From Nitrospirota bacterium (GTDB lineage Bacteria; Nitrospirota; Thermodesulfovibrionia; Thermodesulfovibrionales; Dissulfurispiraceae), in contig CAVPZX010000009.1 of the NCBI GenBank assembly GCA_963710375.1, positions 32,001 to 96,000 of the forward strand: a stretch of 64,000 bases of DNA. Direction: 5' to 3'. Under the pieces are notes generated by a model. It was given only the letters and a program-made list of their open reading frames with translations. It made no database searches and was not told the origin of the DNA. Below are positions 1 through 10,823 of this stretch, in pieces (the stretch's first letter is position 1; every line of letters begins with the position of its first letter). A program made the position numbers and the translations under genes.

Positions 1-271
1 AAGCAAGGCAAAATTGAAAGAAGGACTGCGGGGCTACCGGGAAATAAATGCCATGGCCATGAGCATCATCAGTCAGAAAGGTCTCCTCGCCACGTCATCA
101 TGCTCACACCACGTAGATAAAACGGCCTTCCTCGATATGCTTCAACACGCTGCAAGGGATGCCGGCAAGAATGTCAGGGTTCTCGAAATGCGTTCTCAGG
201 GGCGGGACCATCCGGTCTTGCTGTCAATGCCCGAGACGGAATATCTAAAGTGCGCTTTTCTCGTTATATAA
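1..271 (+). CDS. Class I SAM-dependent rRNA methyltransferase (RlmI-like), C-terminal fragment; gene starts before the window
   Basis: Translation contains GLLATSSCSHH and DHPVLLSMPETEYLKC, typical of RlmI/YccW C-termini. Confidence 0.8.
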   Translation, partial: SKAKLKEGLRGYREINAMAMSIISQKGLLATSSCSHHVDKTAFLDMLQHAARDAGKNVRVLEMRSQGRDHPVLLSMPETEYLKCAFLVI

Positions 272-322
272 TCCGCCACTGCATCTTCAAGAAACCTCAG
301 CGAGGCATGGTGTGAGGAGTAT

Positions 323-3300
323 ATGGGAGAACCGGTTTTAATAAAAGATACAGATTTGAAGTTCCCCCACTTCACGGTCCTTAAGGCGTCGGCCGGTTCA
401 GGGAAAACTCATGCCCTCACAGAAAGGTTTGTCCAGTTTCTTCTTTCCGGTAAAGTCCCAAGGAACAGTCTGAGGAACATGCTTGCCATAACCTTTTCGA
501 ACAATGCCGCAAAAGAAATGAAGGAAAGAACACTCTCGCGCCTGAAGGAGGTTTACTTCGGGGACGAGGCAAAGATACGGGAACTCTCGAACATAACCTC
601 TCTTGATATTGAAAACATGAGAGAGAAGGCCGGCCTCTTGATCGGAGAGATACTCGACAGTTACTCGGATTTCCAGGTGAAGACGATCGACAGTTTCATG
701 ACAACCGTTTTTAAGGCCTCTGCTATCGACTTTGGGTATAACCCGGACTTCGATATCTTAATGACCAACGATTTGCTGATGAGTTACTCCTTCAATCTAT
801 TTATGCGAAATGTCAAACACGGTACCGCCGAGGCAGCCTGTATCGAAGCGATCGTGGACCAGTTGCTGGAGCAGAAGAAGGTTACTGATGCCTACTTGTG
901 GGATCCGTCAACAACACTTCTTGACGAGATAAAGAAGATATACCGGAAGCTTTCATCGAGAGGGAAATTGGCTGAAATCGAGGATTACAGTAAAGACCTT
1001 AACGAATCAAAAGACAAAATAAGTGCGCTTATTGACGACATTGAAAAAGAGATCGAAGCCGCCGGACTGAAGAGACACGGCAATTCATCTTACAAGACTA
1101 TCTTGCCCATAATAAGGGAAAAAAGATTCCCTGATCTTATCGGGAAGGGCTTTGCCAACCCTCCAGTGATCAAGCCGAAAAAAAGTGCAGGCGATGAACA
1201 GACTGCATATAGCAGGATATTAAGTTTGTGGTCTGATGTAGCGGAATGGACCTGTCACTACACTGTCTATTTCGTTCGCACCCGATGTATGCCATACGTG
1301 AAGGCATTTCAGGCCTTCAGCGAGACTGTGAATATGGTCAAGAGGCAGCAGGGCAAGGTCTTCATCGAAGATATCAACATGCAGCTCGCCGAATACCTCA
1401 GCAGTTCCATAGTCCCTGACGTCTATTTCCGACTTGGCGAGACCATCTTCCATTTCCTCATCGATGAGTTTCAGGACACCTCGCCCATACAGTGGCAAAA
1501 TCTCATGCCACTCATCGAGAACTCGCTTTCCCAGGGAGGAAGCCTGTTTGCAGTCGGTGACACAAAACAGGCTATTTACGGCTTCCGTAATGCAGACTAT
1601 ACAATCATGAAAGGGCTCGAAAAAACGAATCCATTTCCTTCAGCAGAGCATGCAGTCAGGGAGCTTGACACTAACTACAGGAGCAGAAAGAGGATACTTG
1701 AGTTCAACGAGAGAGTTTTCAAAGAGAAACTTGCGGGGATCGATGAATACAGGGAGGCCGGTAATAGAAGCGGCCTTACCGAATACATACAAAAGCCAAA
1801 AGAAGATAAAGACGTCGATGGATACGTAGAGGTCTCTCTTCTTGAAAGGAACGACGAAGAACCTGCCGAGCGTGAAAAGATCCAGGACCTCATAGAAGAG
1901 TTGCACATACGCGGGTACCGGTACGGTGATATGGCCGTGCTTACACAGACTAACGAAGTTGCAGTCAGCGCCACAACATGGCTGAACGAAAGGGAAATAC
2001 CATTTATCTCTTACAGCAGCCTCGATGTGAGGAGGCGGAAGATAACCGGAGAGATTATAGCACTTATGAACTTCCTTGATTCGCCTACAGACGACCTTTC
2101 ATTCGGCGCCTTCATCCTGGGAGATGTTTTCACAAATACGATTGCGGAAGATGATTCCGGCTGCGGTATCGATAAGCTAAGGGCGTTCTGTTTCATGCAT
2201 AGAAAGAACCCTCCCCTGTACAAGGCATTTCAGGAAAAGTTCAGTGGCCTTTGGGAACAGTACTTCGAAAGTCTTTTCAAGGCAGCGGGGTTCCTGCCCT
2301 TGTACGACCTGGTCACAGAGGTTTTTGCGGTGTTCAGTGTTTTTGAGAACATGCCTGAAGAGGAGGCTGCACTCATCAAGATACTTGAAGTGGTCAAAAA
2401 CTTCGAAGGAGGAGGATTCAACAGCCTCAAGGATTTTCTCCAGGCCGTATCAGATGATGACAACAGCGAGGCTGAATGGGACATGGCCGTCCCCAAGACC
2501 ATTGACGCTGTGCAGGTGATGACCATACACAAGGCTAAAGGGCTGGGGTTTCCGGTCGTACTTGTCCTCCTCTATGAAGTAAGAAACAGGGGCTTTGAAT
2601 ACATCGTCGAGGAAAAGGGTGAGACTGTCTGCCTCCTCAAGATCAACAGGACCACAGCTGCCTGTGACGAGACCCTCCAGCGTCTCTATGATAAAGAGAG
2701 GATGAGTGAGATGGTGAACAGGCTTAACAGCCTCTATGTGGGGTTCACCCGTCCCGAGAGAGAACTTTACGTGATCGGGGTAGAAAGCAATGACAAGGGT
2801 TACCCGTTTGTCCTGCTCCCGGCCGATGAATTCCCCCCTTCAGCCAAACCTGAATACGTTCCGGGCATCCGACTATCAGCACCAGGGACTCCAGCTCCTT
2901 GCCGGCTGCTTCACCGTAGCGGTCAGCTGAAATTCCAGGCCGGTCCCGAGACGTTCCTGACCATAGATGAAAGAAGGAGGGGCGAGTTTATCCACAGAGT
3001 ATTGTTCTTCGTCAACTACTTGAAGGATGGGTTTGAAACTGAACTGCAAGAGATCATAAGTCGTGTCAGGGATGAGACCGGATCGGATTATTCCGACATA
3101 GAAATCAAAGCTCTCGTTCTTGCGATAGTAACCAACAAGGAGATAGAAAGGTATTTTACCAAGGCGCCAGGGCGGCTGATCAGGAAAGAGCAGGAGTATT
3201 CTGACAGTTTTGGCAGGCTTTTCAGGATGGACAGGGTGGTAATAGACAGTGACAGCGTCACTGTGATCGATTATAAAACAGGAAAGGACAAGGAAGCGCT

Positions 3301-3421
3301 GGACCAATACAGGGCTCAATTGAAGAACTACATGAGCATACTCCGTGATGTCTATACCGGAAAACCCGTCAAGGGTGTTATTGCTTTCGTTGACCTGGCC
3401 GAAATGGAGAGGATTGGATGA
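323..3421 (+). CDS. addA: AddA/RecB-like UvrD helicase with C-terminal PD-(D/E)XK nuclease
   Basis: Walker A ASAGSGKT, LIDEFQDT, VGDTKQAIYGFR, MTIHKAKGL, YVGFTR; C-terminal MDRV...IDYKTG nuclease motif; 1032 aa. Confidence 0.9.
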   Translation: MGEPVLIKDTDLKFPHFTVLKASAGSGKTHALTERFVQFLLSGKVPRNSLRNMLAITFSNNAAKEMKERTLSRLKEVYFGDEAKIRELSNITSLDIENMREKAGLLIGEILDSYSDFQVKTIDSFMTTVFKASAIDFGYNPDFDILMTNDLLMSYSFNLFMRNVKHGTAEAACIEAIVDQLLEQKKVTDAYLWDPSTTLLDEIKKIYRKLSSRGKLAEIEDYSKDLNESKDKISALIDDIEKEIEAAGLKRHGNSSYKTILPIIREKRFPDLIGKGFANPPVIKPKKSAGDEQTAYSRILSLWSDVAEWTCHYTVYFVRTRCMPYVKAFQAFSETVNMVKRQQGKVFIEDINMQLAEYLSSSIVPDVYFRLGETIFHFLIDEFQDTSPIQWQNLMPLIENSLSQGGSLFAVGDTKQAIYGFRNADYTIMKGLEKTNPFPSAEHAVRELDTNYRSRKRILEFNERVFKEKLAGIDEYREAGNRSGLTEYIQKPKEDKDVDGYVEVSLLERNDEEPAEREKIQDLIEELHIRGYRYGDMAVLTQTNEVAVSATTWLNEREIPFISYSSLDVRRRKITGEIIALMNFLDSPTDDLSFGAFILGDVFTNTIAEDDSGCGIDKLRAFCFMHRKNPPLYKAFQEKFSGLWEQYFESLFKAAGFLPLYDLVTEVFAVFSVFENMPEEEAALIKILEVVKNFEGGGFNSLKDFLQAVSDDDNSEAEWDMAVPKTIDAVQVMTIHKAKGLGFPVVLVLLYEVRNRGFEYIVEEKGETVCLLKINRTTAACDETLQRLYDKERMSEMVNRLNSLYVGFTRPERELYVIGVESNDKGYPFVLLPADEFPPSAKPEYVPGIRLSAPGTPAPCRLLHRSGQLKFQAGPETFLTIDERRRGEFIHRVLFFVNYLKDGFETELQEIISRVRDETGSDYSDIEIKALVLAIVTNKEIERYFTKAPGRLIRKEQEYSDSFGRLFRMDRVVIDSDSVTVIDYKTGKDKEALDQYRAQLKNYMSILRDVYTGKPVKGVIAFVDLAEMERIG

Positions 3422-6249
3422 ACACGCTTATCATTCCATCCGACAAGAGCTTGATAGAAGAAGTCCTGTCTCATTTGGCAGGGAATGAAAGGGATTACTC
3501 TTCATCCATGGTGGTCTTCCCCGGCAAAAGGCCGTCTCACTTTCTGAGAAAGGCGCTGGCAGCAAAGGTCGGGGCAAGCTTCATCCCGCCTATGGTTTTT
3601 TCGATGGATGAGTTCATCGATTCGCTATTCGATGAGTCAAGTCCAGCAAAGAAGATTGAGACCATAGATGCTGTCGCCCTGCTCTACAATATCCACAGGA
3701 AGGCCCCGACGCCGCTTGGCGGAAAAGGGTTCATGACTCCTGACAGTTTTTTCCCCCTCGGGCTAAAAATATATCGTGACATCGAGGAGTTGACCATTGA
3801 AGGCATCAATCCCCAGATGGTAAAGGGAATCGAATTCTTCATTGCGGAAGGCATGCCTGAGCAGACGATAGAAAGATTACAGTCCCTGTCTTATTTCTAT
3901 GACCAGTTCTATAGAGAAATCAGTGCATTGGGCTTTACGACCAGGGCAAGGAGATATCAGACTGCTGCTGAGAAGATAGACAAAGCCGGACTCAGCAAAT
4001 TGCAGAGTATAATCTTCGCCGGCTTCTTTGCTCTCACCAAGGCAGAAAAAACCCTGTTTCAAAAGCTGCTAAATTACGACAATACAGTATTTGCCTTCCA
4101 GCATGGGAACGGACTCAATGAGAAACTTAAGGAGCTTGGCATCACCTGCGACATGAAGGAAAGTATAGACACAGCCCCGGAGGTGCACTTCTACAGCAGT
4201 CCCGATGCTCACGGCGAGGTCCTGGCGCTGGGGAAAATACTTGAGACGAACCTCGCAGCAGGTAATGATCTTGACGAGAACACAGTGATTGTTCTGCCTT
4301 CGTCAGAGACCCTTTTCCCTCTCTTGCGTCAAGGGCTATCGTCTATCCCCGAGGATGACTATAATGTATCATTAGGGTATCCGTTACATCGCACCCCGGT
4401 CTTCGGTTTTCTCAATAACCTGATGGAACTGGTCAATTCAATGGACGGGGACAGGATCTATATCCCCGACTACCTGAAATTCGTTCTTCATCCTTACACG
4501 AAGAACATTTATTACAGGGGAAAGTCCGAGACGACACGCGTGATGTTCCATACAATTGAGGAAGATCTACTCGAGCACAAGGCCCTGACCTTCACCACTA
4601 TCGAAGAGATCGAGAGCAGCGAAACCCTTTTTATGGACATCCTGAGAAAGCTGCCAAAAGACGAAACGGGGATCAGGGAAGAACACCTCAAGGCACACCT
4701 GAAGGCCATTCACAAAAATACAATAGAAAGATTCATTTCCTTCAAAAACATCAGTGACTTTGCCGGTAAGTGCATCGACATACTCCTTTTTATCTTCAAT
4801 AACAGCACTGCAAGGCTTCACCCACTCTTTTATCCATTTTCAGAGTCCTTCATAACATCTCTTGACGTCCTTCTGCGCTCTATGATGAAGGAAGTCGCCT
4901 TCTCGGAAAGGTCCAGCTATTTCATATTCTTCAAAAAATATATAATGACCGGCCATACCCCTTTTTCAGGCACGCCTGTCAAGGGGCTGCAGGTCCTGGG
5001 GTCACTTGAGACAAGGAGCCTGAAGTTCGATACGGTCTTCGTCCTGGACGCTAATGAGGACATCCTGCCGGATACGAGAAAAGAAGAGACTCTCCTTCCC
5101 TTCAAGGCCCGGGAGATATTGGGGCTTCCTACTTATATGGATAGGGACAAGCTCGCCGCATATTATTTCGACACACTCCTTAAAGGGGCAAAGAAGGCAC
5201 ATCTTTTCTTCATTGAAAACGACAAAACAGAACGGTCGAGGTTTGTTGAGAAGCTTCTATGGGACAGGCAGAAAAGGGACAATACAACCGACGTCAGGTC
5301 CTACGTCAGACCTGTCCAGTATCAGGTGAAACTAATAAACAGCGCTCCCGGCCCGATTGGAAAAACTGATGAGATCGTGGCCTTCCTTAAAGACTTTAAG
5401 TACAATGCAACCGCGCTGAACAGCTATCTCAAGTGCCAGCTTCAGTTCTACTATAGCTTTGTCCTCGGACTTAGCAGGAAAGAGGAGATGACAGGGGACA
5501 TCGAGCGTGACGACCTGGGAAATTTCGTCCACGCTGTCTTGATGCGCTATTTTTCCAACAAGAAAGGCAGGTCTTTAAAGGAAACAGACATAGTCTTCAG
5601 ACAAATGGACGCTATTGTGGAAGAACTCTTTGAGGAAAAATATGGTAAAGACCCATCTGGAGCTCTCTATTTTCTAAAGAGGCAGGTAAAGAGACACTTG
5701 GCTGATGTTCTTAAATATTACTATCTTCCTCTTGTGAAGGAAAGAACAGTGACTATTTTGGAAAGCGAGGAGCTGATACGGGTAAAGGCAGACTCCTTTA
5801 ATTTGAGCGGAAGGCTTGATAGCGTTGAACAGAGAGATGATAAGACGGTCATTGTTGATTACAAGACAGGCTCAAGCCCGAATTATCTGAAGATAGACCT
5901 CGAAAAGCTTGACACTGCCAGGAGAGAGACTTGGGACCAGGCCATAGGAAGCCTTCAGCTTCCATTCTACCTCCTGCTTTATACTGAAAAGAAAAGCAGG
6001 CCGATAGACGATCTGGAAGCTATTTTCTTGCTTTTAGGCCGCTCAAAAATAAGCGGAGATGTTGAACTTCCACTCTTCGGCGGTTCATCTCCGGCAGAAA
6101 TGTTCGAACTTATGAAAATAGTGATCTTCAAACTGCTTAGAGAAATAATAGACCCTCTGGTCCCATTCATCCAACCTAATGACAAGAAGAAGGTTTGCCC
6201 ATCATGTGATTTCCAGTACATCTGCGGCACCCAGTGGGTTGTGAGATAA
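3418..6249 (+). CDS. addB: AddB-like PD-(D/E)XK nuclease with Fe-S staple
   Basis: Overlaps the addA stop (ATGA); GRLD...VDYKTG; YLKC plus C-terminal CPSCDFQYIC cysteines. Confidence 0.85.
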   Translation: MNTLIIPSDKSLIEEVLSHLAGNERDYSSSMVVFPGKRPSHFLRKALAAKVGASFIPPMVFSMDEFIDSLFDESSPAKKIETIDAVALLYNIHRKAPTPLGGKGFMTPDSFFPLGLKIYRDIEELTIEGINPQMVKGIEFFIAEGMPEQTIERLQSLSYFYDQFYREISALGFTTRARRYQTAAEKIDKAGLSKLQSIIFAGFFALTKAEKTLFQKLLNYDNTVFAFQHGNGLNEKLKELGITCDMKESIDTAPEVHFYSSPDAHGEVLALGKILETNLAAGNDLDENTVIVLPSSETLFPLLRQGLSSIPEDDYNVSLGYPLHRTPVFGFLNNLMELVNSMDGDRIYIPDYLKFVLHPYTKNIYYRGKSETTRVMFHTIEEDLLEHKALTFTTIEEIESSETLFMDILRKLPKDETGIREEHLKAHLKAIHKNTIERFISFKNISDFAGKCIDILLFIFNNSTARLHPLFYPFSESFITSLDVLLRSMMKEVAFSERSSYFIFFKKYIMTGHTPFSGTPVKGLQVLGSLETRSLKFDTVFVLDANEDILPDTRKEETLLPFKAREILGLPTYMDRDKLAAYYFDTLLKGAKKAHLFFIENDKTERSRFVEKLLWDRQKRDNTTDVRSYVRPVQYQVKLINSAPGPIGKTDEIVAFLKDFKYNATALNSYLKCQLQFYYSFVLGLSRKEEMTGDIERDDLGNFVHAVLMRYFSNKKGRSLKETDIVFRQMDAIVEELFEEKYGKDPSGALYFLKRQVKRHLADVLKYYYLPLVKERTVTILESEELIRVKADSFNLSGRLDSVEQRDDKTVIVDYKTGSSPNYLKIDLEKLDTARRETWDQAIGSLQLPFYLLLYTEKKSRPIDDLEAIFLLLGRSKISGDVELPLFGGSSPAEMFELMKIVIFKLLREIIDPLVPFIQPNDKKKVCPSCDFQYICGTQWVVR

Positions 6250-6487
6250 AATGCGTTGTCAGTTAGCTGTTGTTAGACTCAGTCGCTTGTGAAGATTTGT
6301 AGCTAAAGTTGATTGTCTCACCTCCTCACAGAACACCTCGTTAGTTGCAATTTTTTTCTAACTGATCATTCCGTCCCGAATTGTGCGTAGTCTAACCATG
6401 TCCAGAGAGTGCTATCGTCTTTCCGATATGAAAGAACCCAGGTTTTCCTCTATGCGCAATACTGGTAGTACTTTTCACAGAGGACAG

Positions 6488-6516
6488 TTGACAATATGTA
6501 CCAATTAAGGTACATT
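6488..6516 (+). promoter_or_regulatory. Sigma-70 promoter of the TA operon overlapped by a palindromic operator
   Basis: TTGACA (6488-6493), 17-nt spacer, TACATT (6511-6516); perfect inverted repeat ATGTACC-aattaa-GGTACAT (6496-6515). Confidence 0.75.
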
Positions 6517-6521
6517 ACTAT

Positions 6522-6872
6522 ATGGAGCATAGAGAACCTGTTCTGCGAGTAATTTTCTATCGAAGTGAAAGCGGCTCCGAACCTGTGAGGGAATGGCTCA
6601 AAGAGTTGAGGAGAGAAGATCGAAAAGCCGTCGGCGAGGATATCAAGACGGCTAAGTTTGGCTGGCCACTCGGCATGCCCCTTATCAGGAAAATTGAGAA
6701 GGACCTTTGGGAAGTTAGATCAAATATCACCGACGGCATTGCCAGAACGTTCTTCACGGTAGAGGAAAATACCATGGTGCTTCTGCATGGGTTTGTTAAG
6801 AAATCACAGGAAACTCCGCAAAGTGAACTGCGGACAGCCAGGCGGCGATTGAGGAATATCCTCGGAGGTTAA
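6522..6872 (+). CDS. RelE/ParE-superfamily (HigB/Gp49-like) toxin
   Basis: FYRSESGSEPVREWL...GWPLGMPLIRKIEKDLWEVR...LLHGFVKKSQETP is the Gp49/DUF891 signature; lies upstream of an HTH gene. Confidence 0.85.
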   Translation: MEHREPVLRVIFYRSESGSEPVREWLKELRREDRKAVGEDIKTAKFGWPLGMPLIRKIEKDLWEVRSNITDGIARTFFTVEENTMVLLHGFVKKSQETPQSELRTARRRLRNILGG

Positions 6873-6873
6873 C

Positions 6874-7155
6874 TTGAAAAACAAACATTGCGGCAGTGAT
6901 TTTGACGATTTTCTTAGAGAGCAGGATATACTCTCTGGGGCGGAGGCCGTTGCGGCAAAGCGTGTGCTCTCTTTCCAGATCGAAAAAGAGATGAGAAAAA
7001 AGGGATTGACCAAGGTTGAGATGGCGACTCGTATGCGGACGAGTAGGTCGGCTGTAGACCGGCTGCTGGATCCTGCGAATGTTTCGGTCACATTAAATAC
7101 TCTGGAGAAGGCCGCACTTGTGCTCGGCAAGAGGTTGAGCATCAGGCTCGGGTAA
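6874..7155 (+). CDS. XRE-family HTH antitoxin (HigA-like)
   Basis: TTG start after GGAGG; HCGSDFDDFL...MATRMRTSRSAVDRLLDP...VTLNTLEKAA. Confidence 0.85.
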   Translation: MKNKHCGSDFDDFLREQDILSGAEAVAAKRVLSFQIEKEMRKKGLTKVEMATRMRTSRSAVDRLLDPANVSVTLNTLEKAALVLGKRLSIRLG

Positions 7156-7527
7156 AGTGCTGTCCAGGCACCGTTGAAACCTACGCTTCTTGCGGAATGC
7201 GTCCTACGTTGTACGACATGTACTCCTCGAACTGGCGCCATCCAGTAGACGTTGGGTTTCTCACAGTATTCCCCACCGGACGGCGGTCGGCTGAGACTGA
7301 ATGTTTCCTGCGGGAAAATAACGCGCACAAGTCTGTTCTCAGTCAAACCTGTTTTTGTGACAGGTAATCTCGGTACGACCTTCTCCTAGTAACTTCTCGT
7401 TTAAAGATGCAGTAATAGCAAGAATAAGAAGAACCCCTGCTCCAAATGTGCCGATCTGCCACCAAAATTATAGGCTGAAACAATCTTGGTTTAAGCCACT
7501 CACTGCCATATTGTGCATTATGTCTAA

Positions 7528-8776
7528 TTACTCGTATATCTTCTCTCCTTCTGCGTCCGCATTTAGAGCATCTTCTTCAACATTACGGATGTCTTCTTTT
7601 GAAAGGACATTGAGGTATTCTTTATACCATTCGTTTTGTATGATGCTCTGCATGATTTCGTTGCTACCCACCCATATCATGGACAACCTGATATCTCGGA
7701 CAATGCGTTCGAGAGGGTAAACATTGGTGTAGCCAATACCACCCATTGTCTGCATACATTTGTTTGCTATATCCCATGCGGCTTCAGTGACGAACTTCTT
7801 GGATTCGGATACCAGGCGTCTTACTCTGTTCGGATGGGCTTTCCCAGAATCAACAGCTAGGCAAGTTGAGTATACCATTGACCGTGCGGTATCCAGTAGC
7901 ATAACGCAATCTGCTATTTTGAACCCCACTGCCTGGAAACTCTGGATTGGGACTCCGAATGCCTTTCGTTTGGAAGTATACATGGTCGCAATTTCTATTG
8001 CGGGTCTTACGGAACCTAGAGTCATGGCCGCTGTCCCAAGTCGTTCAGGAATCATCATCCTGACAAAGACATCAAAACCACCATTTATGCCATTCAACGC
8101 ATAGCGTTCCGGCACTCGAACATCTTTTAAAACGAGTCTACCAGCCCCACCGCCCCGTACCCCCATGAGACCATATATATATTTCGACTCGACGCCTTTG
8201 GTCCTAGGAACAATGAAGGCTGTCATGCGCTTGTGAGGAGGGGCATCAGGGTTAGTTACTGCATAGACAAGAAACCAATCTGCGCCTTCTGCGCCTACTA
8301 TAAAACGTTTCTGTCCATTTATGATCCAGTCATCACCATCTTTTTTTGCATAGGTCGTTGCGCCGAAAAAATCAGATCCGCCTCTTGGTTCAGTCAATCC
8401 TTCTGCTGCAAAAGTTTCCCCCTTTAGTAAGGGTATTACAACTGCCTGCTTCAGCTCTTTATTGCCGAACAGGGAGATTGCATCGCAAACTATATCAGCA
8501 CCCACACCCCATAGGCAGGCCAAAGAATAGCTTGCTACACCTACCTCCTCGGCAACTATTGCATCCTCCACCCAACCAAGGCCTCTTCCTCCTAATTCTT
8601 TAGGAATCCTTATGCCCAGCAAATTTCTTTTTCCTGCCTCTTGCAGATATTCTCGAGGAAACTGGACCTTCTCGGCATCCATGTCTAGTATGAGTCTGTT
8701 TAGGCACCCATTTTGTGAAGGCTCTTGCTTCATTTCGTAAATTTTTCTGTTCATCCGTCATGATGTAGTCGAACAC
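7528..8776 (-). CDS. Acyl-CoA dehydrogenase; apparent +1 frameshift at 8695
   Basis: AGGAGG then GTG at 8776 gives MFDYIMTDEQKNLRNEARAF; removing T8695 joins it to the main ORF (GLTEPRGGSD, INGQKRFI, GGIGYT), 415 aa. Confidence 0.85.
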
Positions 8777-9155
8777 TGTTCCTCCTACATAAAGAATTGT
8801 TGTTAAATTATTTATTTATGTTATAAATTTGTCAAGCTCTCTGATCAATACGAATTGACTCACAAAAAATGTTACCGAAGGGAGGAGCGTGAAACAAGTA
8901 GGCATAAATAACTATTCCACCAACCACGGCTTCTAGTAACAGGCTCAGCAAAAACTGACTCGACGGTAGCGCGGCAGGAAAGAAAAATATCGACAGCAAA
9001 TACGGAACCGTCGAAGGGTCAGACCGGGGTCTAGACTTGATTATTGATTTTCGTTAGGAAGCAAAAAGGTATTTTGAGGGTTTCAAACGGAAACCAACGA
9101 CGTCGCTGACATGTCTCATGTGCCACTCTCAGGTCAAGTGAGAACCCTTCACGAT

Positions 9156-10301
9156 TCACTTTTCACGCTTCAAGAGTTTTGTGCGCTTGTAAAAAAAAGG
9201 TTTCAAAACCTTTAATCCGACAACTCCTGCTACAGGTTTGACCAGCCACGACGCGACGTCCCTGCTCCCCAGGCACCGCTTGCAATAAGGGTGCTCAAGC
9301 CTGTAGTGTCTGAAGCCTTCGACTATTTTCCCAAGCCTGTCAGATGAAAGTATCTCTTCCAGCGATGAGTCATAAAGGTTTCCCACTTTCGTATTTCCGT
9401 CAAAATCCATGCAGCAGAGTACTACATCGCCGTTATAGAGAATGCCAAAGTGGTCGCGCATCCCGAAACAGTAACCGCCCCAGGCTTCACGAATTTTTTC
9501 ACCCTCAAATGCATGTCCCCAATCATCCAGCACATATGTTTCGAAAAAAACATTCGGGTATATTTCAACCACATTCCATTTGTAGGACACAAGGTTTTCG
9601 ATGCCCCGCATTGCCGCATCCCGGTCTTCCTGCGCAACTCCTAACAGTTCATATATACGCCCGGCCCAGAAAGCGAATGTCTTCCTTAGTTCTTCTGAGG
9701 AGGAGATGACATTTATCATGCCTATCCTGTCCTCCATTGCTTTTTTCCTGAAACGGGTATTTAAAAACCGGAATTTAAATACGGTATCCCTGTGTTTCAC
9801 ATGGTATGCCCGGAAGAATTCGAGTATGCCCTCAAGGTAGGATTCAAAGGTCCTGGTCCCGGCCTTCCTGTAAGCGAACGAACGTTCATCGGGTGTCTGG
9901 AGTGAAATATCAATCTGGTGGAGCTCATAATCGAGGAGCCGCCTGCCTATCTCACCACCGAGACCTCCCCCATTGGTAGTAAGTCCGACGTTCATCTTTT
10001 GCCTTTTTGCATGGTCAAGTATCTCGAAAAAGTCCTTATGCAGCGTCGGCTCGCCCATGACATGAAAAGTGATCTTTTCACAGATGTTGCGGGCCTTGAG
10101 TTCAGTAATAATCTCTTTGGCAAGCCCTGTCTGCATGTAGCCGTAGGGCCGTTTCATTGCAGACTTGGGGCAAAAGATGCAATTGAAATCACAAATATTA
10201 GTCAGCTCAATATGTACGCGCTTGAGCGGGATTTCTATGTGCCCGAATGTTTTCATGACATATTTATTATACCTTATGACAGACTTTTCCATAAATTGCA
10301 T
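9156..10301 (-). CDS. Radical SAM/SPASM-domain protein (start uncertain, possibly 10256)
   Basis: CDFNCIFC (CxxxCxxC), GEPTLH, C-terminal C...GDVVLCC...GNL...CKRC. Confidence 0.85.
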   Translation of the reverse strand: MQFMEKSVIRYNKYVMKTFGHIEIPLKRVHIELTNICDFNCIFCPKSAMKRPYGYMQTGLAKEIITELKARNICEKITFHVMGEPTLHKDFFEILDHAKRQKMNVGLTTNGGGLGGEIGRRLLDYELHQIDISLQTPDERSFAYRKAGTRTFESYLEGILEFFRAYHVKHRDTVFKFRFLNTRFRKKAMEDRIGMINVISSSEELRKTFAFWAGRIYELLGVAQEDRDAAMRGIENLVSYKWNVVEIYPNVFFETYVLDDWGHAFEGEKIREAWGGYCFGMRDHFGILYNGDVVLCCMDFDGNTKVGNLYDSSLEEILSSDRLGKIVEGFRHYRLEHPYCKRCLGSRDVASWLVKPVAGVVGLKVLKPFFYKRTKLLKREK

Positions 10302-10355
10302 AACATTTCTGCCTTGTGTTAGTATATTTACATTTAATTTAGAGGAGAGTGTTTT

Positions 10356-10823
10356 ATGGAAGAGAAGATACAGGCGCTAATAAAAGATTTCAGAGAACAC
10401 GAGGGGAATATAGTCTCCCTTTTGCAGGAAACACAGGAAGCATTCGGGTACGTTCCGGAAGAAGCGGTTTTTCGTCTTTCAAAAGAGCTTGACATTCCTG
10501 CAAGCAACTTCTTCGGCGTCGCCACTTTCTATGCCCAATTTTACCTCAAACCGAGAGGGAAAAATATTATTACCGCCTGTTGCGGCACCGCCTGCCACGT
10601 AAAAGGCTCAGAACGACTGATAAACAATCTAAAGGAAAGCCTGCACCTGACCGGTGAGGAAAACACCACCCCTGACATGAAATTTACCCTTGAGGAGGTA
10701 GCGTGTTTCGGCGCCTGCAGCATCGCGCCCGTGGTTATATTCAACAAAAAAGTACACGGCAATATGACACTCGAAAAGGTAAATAAGGAAGTCAGGATGC
10801 TGAGGGGGGGCTCCCATGAATAA
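10356..10823 (+). CDS. NuoE/HydC-like [2Fe-2S] subunit
   Basis: GVATFY, CCGTACH, VACFGACSIAPV. Confidence 0.9.
   Translation: MEEKIQALIKDFREHEGNIVSLLQETQEAFGYVPEEAVFRLSKELDIPASNFFGVATFYAQFYLKPRGKNIITACCGTACHVKGSERLINNLKESLHLTGEENTTPDMKFTLEEVACFGACSIAPVVIFNKKVHGNMTLEKVNKEVRMLRGGSHE

Noticed and set aside
323..6249. Helicase plus nuclease pair as a novel anti-phage system
   Set aside because: Motifs and sizes fit ordinary AddAB recombination/repair enzymes in a housekeeping context.
6804..7346. 180-aa minus-strand ORF and the many other short ORFs antisense to or nested in annotated genes
   Set aside because: They overlap well-supported genes and have no recognisable motifs or RBS; treated as shadow ORFs.
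8955..9050. Interrupted inverted repeat CTGAC-TCGACGGT...ACCGTCGA-agg-GTCAG as a riboswitch or ncRNA
   Set aside because: Only 8+5 bp of pairing and no recognisable aptamer consensus; cannot be supported without a covariance-model search.
9156..10301. Radical SAM/SPASM protein as a RiPP maturase
   Set aside because: No plausible precursor peptide, transporter or protease is adjacent.
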